Shown in pieces: positions 1 through 4,330 of a stretch of 4,462 bases of DNA (position 1 is the first letter of the stretch; each line of letters starts with the position of its first letter). Position numbers and translations under genes: made by a program. The DNA is taken from IMG/VR virus record IMGVR_UViG_2582580966_000016; one strand, 5' to 3'. The notes beneath the pieces were generated by a model. That model saw only the letters and a list, made by a program, of their open reading frames with translations. It had not been told where the DNA came from and made no database searches. Source of the stretch: a virus. Its lineage: Duplodnaviria; Heunggongvirae; Uroviricota; Caudoviricetes.

Positions 1-316
1 TATAATAAACTTACTTTTTTATCATTTTTCCACTTTAACAACATTTTGCTCCACTTTTCCACGACCAAACAACTTGAAATCTGGTTAAAATAACACGCAA
101 CACTATTCTTCTTCCTTGAGTCCGCCCGGAACTCGAAAAACAAACCGAGTTAAAGCCATTTTTCACAAAATCGATTTTGGGTCTCACCAAAGTTACGGGG
201 TTGCATACGCATTCGTTTATTTTCGAACGTGTACATACAAATATGCACAAAAATAATCAAAATTATTTTCTGAGATGCATTATGATATGAACACCAATTT
301 CGTATAGAGTCTCACT

Positions 317-907
317 ATGTCTCGAATTTTTGCTTACTGTCGGATATCAACGCTGGATCAGACCACCGAAAATCAACGCCGGGAAATCGAAAGTGCAGGT
401 TTTAAAATCAAACCTCAGCAAATAATCGAAGAACACATTAGCGGCTCAGCAGCAACCAGTGAGCGTCCTGGTTTTAACCGGTTGCTTGCTCGCCTGAAAT
501 GTGGTGATCAATTGATTGTGACAAAACTGGATCGCCTTGGTTGTAATGCAATGGATATCAGGAAAACAGTGGAACAACTGACCGAAACAGGTATCAGAGT
601 GCATTGCTTAGCATTGGGGGGCATTGACCTGACCAGTCCAACAGGAAAAATGATGATGCACGTAATTTCAGCAGTCGCTGAATTTGAACGAGACCTTTTA
701 CTTGAACGCACTCATTCCGGGATAGTAAGAGCCCGCGGCGCAGGGAAACGTTTTGGTCGACCACCTGTGTTAAATGAAGAACAGAAACAGGTGGTATTCG
801 AACGAATTAAGTCAGGTGTAAGTATAAGTGCCATTGCCCGGGAATTCAAAACCTCGCGGCAAACCATTTTAAGAGCCAAAGCAAAACTTCAGACACCTGA
901 CATATAA
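317..907 (+). CDS. pinQ: Serine recombinase / DNA invertase of the Gin-Hin-Pin-Cin family (PinQ/PinR-like), 196 aa
   Basis: 196-aa ORF in the ORF track. N-terminal catalytic motif [12 protein letters not shown] with the active-site Ser at position 11, resolvase-type catalytic core, and C-terminal helix-turn-helix ([20 protein letters not shown]). Near-identical to my recollection of E. coli K-12 PinQ/PinR, which I cannot tell apart by eye; the symbol follows the Qin-like context (adjacent nohA-like gene). Convergent with tfa as in Rac/Qin. Confidence 0.92.
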   Translation: MSRIFAYCRISTLDQTTENQRREIESAGFKIKPQQIIEEHISGSAATSERPGFNRLLARLKCGDQLIVTKLDRLGCNAMDIRKTVEQLTETGIRVHCLALGGIDLTSPTGKMMMHVISAVAEFERDLLLERTHSGIVRARGAGKRFGRPPVLNEEQKQVVFERIKSGVSISAIAREFKTSRQTILRAKAKLQTPDI

Positions 908-1004
908 AAAATAATCTCGGTGTGAGATGCTTTACGTCTTCCAAGCCCCCTTCCTTGCCGTAAATGGAGAGATACATCTAATTATAGAATTTATATGTTT
1001 TACC

Positions 1005-1580
1005 CTACGGCAGTGCTGGCCATTCAATATCCGGTGCAGTTGATGTATCAACACGGTTCAGCAACACCCGATACTTTTTCCAGGCTTCCAGCAACAAGGT
1101 TTCTTCCTCCGTTGCGATCTCCAGATCCACAGCATCCTGAAGCGGCGCTATATGCTCACTGGCTATCTGCATCAGGCTGTTTTTTGTTTCTTCCGCCTCC
1201 CGGATCCGGAACAGTTTTTCTGCTTCCGTATCCTTCACCCAGGCTGTGCCGTTCCACTTCTGATATTCCCCTCCCGGCGATAACCAGGTAACATTTTCCG
1301 GTAACGGACCGAGTTCAGAAATAAATAACGCGTCCCCTGATGCCACGTCATAAACCGTTTTACCCCGATGATCTTCAACGAGATGCCACGATGCCTCATC
1401 ACTGTTGAAAACAGCCACGAAGCCTGCCGGAATATCTGGCGGTGCAATATCGGTACTGTTTGCTGGCAGACCTGTATGAGGCGGAATATATGCGTCACCT
1501 TCACCAATAAATTCATTAGTTCCGGCCAGCAGATTATAAATTTTTATGGTCCGTGGTTGTTCACTCATTCTGAATGCCAT
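1005..1580 (-). CDS. tfaQ: Tail fiber assembly protein (lambda Tfa family, TfaQ/TfaR-like), 191 aa
   Basis: 191-aa ORF; N-terminus [51 protein letters not shown] matches my recollection of K-12 TfaQ/TfaR. Its ATG overlaps the stop of the upstream stf remnant (TAATG on the minus strand), the usual stf-tfa coupling arrangement. A GAGG lies about 10 nt upstream. Confidence 0.88.
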   Translation of the reverse strand: MAFRMSEQPRTIKIYNLLAGTNEFIGEGDAYIPPHTGLPANSTDIAPPDIPAGFVAVFNSDEASWHLVEDHRGKTVYDVASGDALFISELGPLPENVTWLSPGGEYQKWNGTAWVKDTEAEKLFRIREAEETKNSLMQIASEHIAPLQDAVDLEIATEEETLLLEAWKKYRVLLNRVDTSTAPDIEWPALP

Positions 1581-1888
1581 TACGCAAGCCTCACAATATA
1601 GTTAAATGCGATGTTTTTGACGGTGTTTTCCGCGTTACCAGCAGCGTTAACGGTGATGGTATGTCCATGTGAACCAATCGCAACGGAGTGCGTATGAGCA
1701 CCAATACCGACAGTATGTGCGTGTGCACCTGCGCTTGCAGCAGTACCCGATACAGAGTGCGTATGAGCGCCTGCAGAAGAAGTGTTAACACTGTATTTAG
1801 AATAATCAGGTGATCCACTTCCCGGAGCACCACTGGAACCACCTGAAACAAATGTCATCGAATGGGTATGTGCACCGGCTGTCCCCAT
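1580..1888 (-). pseudogene. stfQ: Side tail fiber protein, C-terminal remnant of about 100 codons (stf'), with four GAHTHS His-box repeats
   Basis: Translation [17 protein letters not shown]...[64 protein letters not shown] is glycine/HxH-rich and typical of lambdoid side tail fiber C-termini. Only the C-terminal part is present; upstream DNA in this frame changes into J-like sequence near 1880. Confidence 0.7.
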
Positions 1889-2170
1889 GCATTTACCGCC
1901 CGGACTGTCAGCCTGTAATTTCCCAGCGCCAGCTGCGTGAAGCGATATGTGGTTTCCGTCGTCCGGGCCGTGCTGACCAACCGCTCACTGCCGTCGTCCG
2001 CTGCCACGGTCAGGCGAAGCATAAAGCTCACCCCCTTCACCACCTTCGGCGTGTCCCAGCGCGCCAGCACCTGGTATTCCCCGCTGTCTGCGGTGACTTC
2101 TGCGGTCAGGTGCTGAACTGCTGGCGGCGTGACACCATTCACCGTGCCGCTCTGGTCACCGTCAAAGTGC
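1855..2170 (-). pseudogene. Internal fragment of a lambda J-like tail tip / host specificity protein (J')
   Basis: Minus-strand translation ...[91 protein letters not shown] matches my recollection of an internal segment of lambda gpJ. It diverges after AVNAWGQ (about 1880) and starts where the Nu1 homology ends (about 2170). Its frame differs from both nohA and stf' (codon phases 0, 2 and 1), so there is no in-frame fusion. Confidence 0.65.
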
Positions 2171-2684
2171 GCCCCGTTATCAGTTCATCCAGCGCGGCTG
2201 CTTTGTTCATGGCTTTGATGATATCCCGTTTCAGGAAATCAACATGTCGGTTTTCCAGTTCCGGAAAACGCCGCTGCACCGACAGGGGGATCCCGTCGAG
2301 AATACTGGCAATTTCACCTGCGATCCGCGACAGCACGAAAGTACAGAATGCGGTTTCCACCACTTCAGCGGAGTCTCTGGCATTTTTCAGTTCCTGTGCG
2401 TCGGCCTGCGCACGCGTAAGTCGATGGCGTTCGTACTCAATAGTCCCTGGCTGGAGATCTGTCTCGCTGGCCTGCCGCAGTTCTTCAACTTCCCGGCGCA
2501 GCTTTTCGTTCTCAATTTCAGCATCCCTTTCGGCATACCATTTTATAACGGCGGCAGAGTCATAAAGCACCTCATTACCCTTGCCACCGCCTCGCAGAAC
2601 GGGCATTCCCTGCTCCTGCCAGTTCTGAATGGTACGGATACTCGCACCGAAAATGTCAGCCAGCTGCTTTTTGTTGACTTTCAT
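2139..2684 (-). CDS. nohA: Terminase small subunit, lambda Nu1 homolog (NohA-like), 181 aa, with the last ~14 residues replaced at a deletion junction
   Basis: N-terminal 167 residues (MKVNKKQLADIFGASIRTIQNWQEQGMPVLRGGGKGNEVLYDSAAVIKWYAERD...) are nearly identical to my recollection of lambda gpNu1 (winged-HTH cosB-binding domain). Lambda-like RBS GTGGAATGAACAATG. C-terminus ...DELITGRTLTVTRAAR differs from lambda ...DELIPGLLSEYIEQSG, placing a junction near 2170-2184. Confidence 0.85.
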   Translation of the reverse strand: MKVNKKQLADIFGASIRTIQNWQEQGMPVLRGGGKGNEVLYDSAAVIKWYAERDAEIENEKLRREVEELRQASETDLQPGTIEYERHRLTRAQADAQELKNARDSAEVVETAFCTFVLSRIAGEIASILDGIPLSVQRRFPELENRHVDFLKRDIIKAMNKAAALDELITGRTLTVTRAAR

Positions 2685-2704
2685 TGTTCATTCCACGGCC
2701 CAAA

Positions 2705-2861
2705 ACAGAGAAAGGAAACGACAGAGGCCCAAAAGTTCGTTTTCAGCACCTGTCGCTTCCTTTCTTTTCAGGGGGTATTTTAAATAAAAACATTAAGTTA
2801 CGACGAAGAAGAACGGAAACGCCTTAAACCGGAAAATTTTCATAAATAGCGAAAACCCGCG
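2705..2861 (-). other. cosB-like region (terminase small-subunit binding sites) between cosN and the nohA start
   Basis: The reverse complement closely matches my recollection of the lambda left-end sequence ...CGCGGGTTTTCGCTATTTATGAAAATTTTCCGGTTTAAGGCGTTTCCGTTCTTCTTCGTCATAACTTAATGTTTTTATTTAAAATACCC..., and contains inverted R-site-like repeats AAAGGAAACGACAG (2711-2724) and CTGTCGCTTCCTTT (2749-2762). Confidence 0.65.
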
Positions 2862-2873
2862 AGGTCGCCGCCC
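2862..2873 (-). other. cosN: lambda-type 12-nt cohesive end (GGGCGGCGACCT on the minus strand)
   Basis: Plus strand 2862-2873 is AGGTCGCCGCCC, the reverse complement of the lambda cohesive end GGGCGGCGACCT, flanked by lambda-like GTTACGGGG and CGCGGGTTTTCGC context. It sits about 180 bp upstream of the Nu1-like gene, as in lambda. Confidence 0.82.
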
Positions 2874-2908
2874 CGTAACCGGTCGGATCGCCGGAAAGGA
2901 CCCACGAA

Positions 2909-2925
2909 ATGATAATGATTATCAT
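2909..2925. promoter_or_regulatory. Perfect 17-bp palindrome ATGATAATGATTATCAT; core TGATAATnATTATCA equals the 7-1-7 Fur-box motif
   Basis: Read directly: positions 2910-2924 are TGATAATGATTATCA, a perfect 7-1-7 inverted repeat that extends to an 8-1-8 palindrome at 2909-2925. It lies 36 bp from cosN and about 155 bp upstream of the RHH ORF. Assignment as a Fur site is inference from the motif match. Confidence 0.4.
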
Positions 2926-2985
2926 CTATATAAGGTTTATCACAACATGTGTGTACGCCATCAAACCACGAGAAATAATCAATTA

Positions 2986-3018
2986 TGACGCAGGTATCGT
3001 ATTAATTGATCTGCGTCA
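2986..3018. promoter_or_regulatory. Inverted repeat TGACGCAG-N17-CTGCGTCA upstream of the RHH ORF; candidate operator
   Basis: Perfect 8-bp arms at 2986-2993 and 3011-3018 with an AT-rich 17-bp spacer, 62 bp upstream of the ATG at 3080. Function is inferred only. Confidence 0.3.
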
Positions 3019-3079
3019 AATTAACGTAAAAGCAACTTCAGATAATACAAATCAGCAACACTGAATATGGGAAAACATT

Positions 3080-3280
3080 ATGTCATCAAAGAACAGAACC
3101 CGCAGAACAACAACCCGCAACATCCGATTTCCAAACCAGATGATTGAACAAATTAACATCGCTCTTGATCTGAAAGGTTCAGGAAACTTTTCAGCGTGGG
3201 TTATTGAAGCCTGCAGGAGAAGGCTGGCAACAGATGCAACGCATCTGCGCCCGGCCAGCATGAAAAATAACGAGAAATGA
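3080..3280 (+). CDS. Small ribbon-helix-helix-like DNA-binding protein, 66 aa (cos-proximal lambdoid ORF, probably YnfO/YlcI family)
   Basis: 66-aa ORF with a basic N-terminus (SKNRTRRTTTR), a predicted beta-strand NIRFP, then two helices (NQMIEQINIALDLKG / NFSAWVIEACRRRL), which is the RHH (Arc/MetJ-like) pattern. Weak SD GGGA 8 nt upstream. Position and orientation (divergent from nohA across cos) match my recollection of ynfO/ylcI in K-12 Qin/DLP12, but I do not recall those sequences well enough to assign the symbol. Confidence 0.75.
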   Translation: MSSKNRTRRTTTRNIRFPNQMIEQINIALDLKGSGNFSAWVIEACRRRLATDATHLRPASMKNNEK

Positions 3281-3411
3281 ACGTTCGGTTACAGGAGCAG
3301 GTACCCACTGTCCTCCAACAATATTTCATCTTCATATCCGACGGAACAAGACTTACCCTGCCGGGATGTACAGAATAACAACAGAGTGATAATTAATTTC
3401 TGATGAAATAA

Positions 3412-3744
3412 TCAGGGTGCAGAAGGACTAAAGATAAACGTTTTCTTCACGCCTTTACACGGCCTGTCCTTCTCAAATCGCCATTTTGCCATCGCCTTTA
3501 CAACCTGCTCATCAAACAAATGGTGCGGCTCTGAACGGATAAACTCAATTCGGGTGACAGTACCATCAGCACCAATATCAAACTTCACATCAACCCGTCC
3601 CTTTATATAATTTGCCGCTGCATAGGCCGGATATTGTGGTAATGCCTTAACCAACTGTCGGGGCATATCTGTTTTATGTTGCGTACAGCCCATAACCAGA
3701 GAAGACAACAAAATAATTAACGGAAGGTTTCTTTTCATTTTCAT
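3412..3744 (-). CDS. Predicted outer-membrane lipoprotein whose mature part is a TonB C-terminal domain (TonB_C-like), about 110-aa precursor
   Basis: Signal peptide MKRNLPLIILLSSLVMGC with lipobox LVMG-C and Thr at +2 (no Lol avoidance Asp, so predicted outer-membrane sorting). Mature region PQYPAYAAANYIKGRVDVKFDIGADGTVTRIEFIRSEPHHLFDEQVVKAMAKWRFEKDRP aligns by eye to E. coli TonB residues ~160-230 (YP...[49 protein letters not shown]). Start is ambiguous: GTG 3753, ATG 3744 or ATG 3738; 3744 chosen. Confidence 0.8.
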   Translation of the reverse strand: MKMKRNLPLIILLSSLVMGCTQHKTDMPRQLVKALPQYPAYAAANYIKGRVDVKFDIGADGTVTRIEFIRSEPHHLFDEQVVKAMAKWRFEKDRPCKGVKKTFIFSPSAP

Positions 3745-3758
3745 TCCCGGCACAGATA

Positions 3759-3776
3759 AGAATAAGTCTTATTCTA
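3759..3776 (-). promoter_or_regulatory. 17-bp perfect palindrome AGAATAAGtCTTATTCT overlapping a putative -10 (TAGAAT on the minus strand) directly upstream of the TonB_C lipoprotein gene
   Basis: Positions 3759-3775 form a perfect 8-1-8 palindrome. Minus-strand TAGAAT is at 3771-3776, a possible -35 TTGATG at 3796-3801 (19-bp spacer, suboptimal). The start codon is about 20-30 nt downstream. Operator/promoter role is inferred. Confidence 0.35.
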
Positions 3777-3983
3777 ACAATGCCACCCTGTCGGTCATCA
3801 ATCCTCTGCTTAATGGCAACGACAATTATCCGACTTAAATCACAAATCAGACACATGACATAACAGAGCTTGCGAGGTAACACATCGTCCGGTTTCTTCC
3901 ACCATCGCACCGGACCAGCGACCATGAGGGGACAACGCCGCGCTCCGTTAACACGGTAAACCCCGGTGTGTATCGTTTTTGAT

Positions 3984-4048
3984 TATCCCCGCACACTCGC
4001 GCAGAGGAGTCTCCCGGTCGGGCTGCGGTCTCTGTTAATGCGGGGATA
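3984..4048. repeat. Perfect 10-bp inverted repeat TATCCCCGCA / TGCGGGGATA enclosing a 45-nt GC-rich segment; candidate stem-loop or protein-binding element
   Basis: Arms at 3984-3993 and 4039-4048 are exact reverse complements. The enclosed segment has further self-complementarity (CAGAG 4002-4006 with CTCTG 4030-4034; GGAGtCTCC 4006-4014). It lies in a 329-bp ORF-poor gap (3754-4082) between two minus-strand genes. Confidence 0.35.
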
Positions 4049-4082
4049 CGGCGACAATACCGCGCATGGTTAATAAGGTCGC

Positions 4083-4307
4083 TCAACACACTGGCTGTAA
4101 TGCAGCGGATACCATGCGGCATTTAGCGGCATTCATCGTACACTCAACGGTTAGCTCTTCATTCGTGGCATTCACCTGAAAGGTCCGGGAGTGTAATTGC
4201 GTACATTTACCACTGAACGAACCTTCAACAAGAACACGACCACGCTGCAAAATACGGAACGGAATTGTTCCCTGAAAAGGCTTTACGGTTACCAGTAATT
4301 TCTTCAT
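4083..4307 (-). CDS. Hypothetical 74-aa protein, unrecognised, encoded directly downstream of Rz/Rz1 in the late-operon orientation
   Basis: ATG at 4307-4305 preceded by GGAG with 5-nt spacing (tccGGAGaatgcATG); the ORF-track start at 4325 is a TTG 18 nt upstream. Codon usage looks enterobacterial (CTG, CGT, GGT, ACC). No signal peptide; four Cys (34, 54, 61, 74). Translation MKKLLVTVKPFQGTIPFRILQRGRVLVEGSFSGKCTQLHSRTFQVNATNEELTVECTMNAAKCRMVSAALQPVC. Begins 23 nt after the Rz stop. Confidence 0.6.
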   Translation of the reverse strand: MKKLLVTVKPFQGTIPFRILQRGRVLVEGSFSGKCTQLHSRTFQVNATNEELTVECTMNAAKCRMVSAALQPVC

Positions 4308-4330
4308 GCATTCTCCGGATAACAAAAATA

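Noticed and set aside
35-250. 71-aa minus-strand ORF in the AT-rich leader
   Set aside because: Cys-rich and low-complexity (seven Cys in 71 aa), no convincing Shine-Dalgarno; looks like chance openness in AT-rich DNA.
508-711. 67-aa minus-strand ORF
   Set aside because: Entirely antisense to the pin coding region; not protein-like.
914-934. Short hairpin ATCTC-GGTGT-GAGAT followed by TTT just after the pin stop
   Set aside because: Only a 5-bp AT-rich stem and a 3-nt T-run; too weak to call an intrinsic terminator with confidence.
951-976. Possible relic Pin crossover (pix/gix-like) site between tfa and pin
   Set aside because: The match to the 26-bp crossover-site consensus needs a 4-bp insertion and lacks the conserved AAACC / GGTTT core; cannot be supported from sequence alone. 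Mentioned under the orphan-invertase finding.
995-1601. Three ORFs overlapping tfa (995-1291 +, 1235-1516 -, 1368-1601 +)
   Set aside because: All lie within the strongly supported tfa gene, in antisense or alternative frames; Pro/Cys/Arg-rich translations.
1591-1851. 86-aa minus-strand ORF
   Set aside because: Alternative frame of the stf C-terminal remnant; the GAHTHS-repeat frame is the biologically meaningful one.
1810-2565. 251-aa plus-strand ORF
   Set aside because: Antisense to the well-supported nohA gene and J' fragment; translation is Arg/Ser/Cys-rich low-complexity text with no recognisable domain, typical of a spurious frame opposite a GC-rich gene.
1580-2684. Functional Nu1-J-Stf fusion protein
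   Set aside because: The three segments are in three different reading frames with stop codons at each junction, so no single fusion polypeptide is encoded without two frameshifts.
2244-2783. 179-aa plus-strand ORF
   Set aside because: Antisense to nohA and running into cosB; no RBS; composition not protein-like.
3052-3261. 69-aa minus-strand ORF
   Set aside because: Antisense to the RHH ORF, which has the clear structural motif; translation not protein-like.
3391-3410. AT-rich hairpin ATTTC-TGAT-GAAAT between the convergent RHH and lipoprotein genes
   Set aside because: Short AT-rich stem with no flanking U-tract on either strand; not convincing as a bidirectional terminator.
3080-3753. 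RHH protein as antitoxin of a toxin-antitoxin pair
   Set aside because: There is no co-directional downstream partner ORF; the neighbouring gene is convergent and is a secreted lipoprotein, which does not fit a type II TA operon.
3674-4122. 83-aa and 91-aa minus-strand ORFs (3674-3925 and 3847-4122)
   Set aside because: They overlap the lipoprotein start and the 74-aa ORF end and cross the GC-rich noncoding element; translations are Arg/Cys-rich without an RBS. Treated as noncoding.
4308-4325. ORF-track start (TTG at 4325) for the 74-aa gene
   Set aside because: The ATG at 4307 has a properly spaced GGAG Shine-Dalgarno, while the TTG start would place the RBS inside the coding sequence; start moved to 4307.
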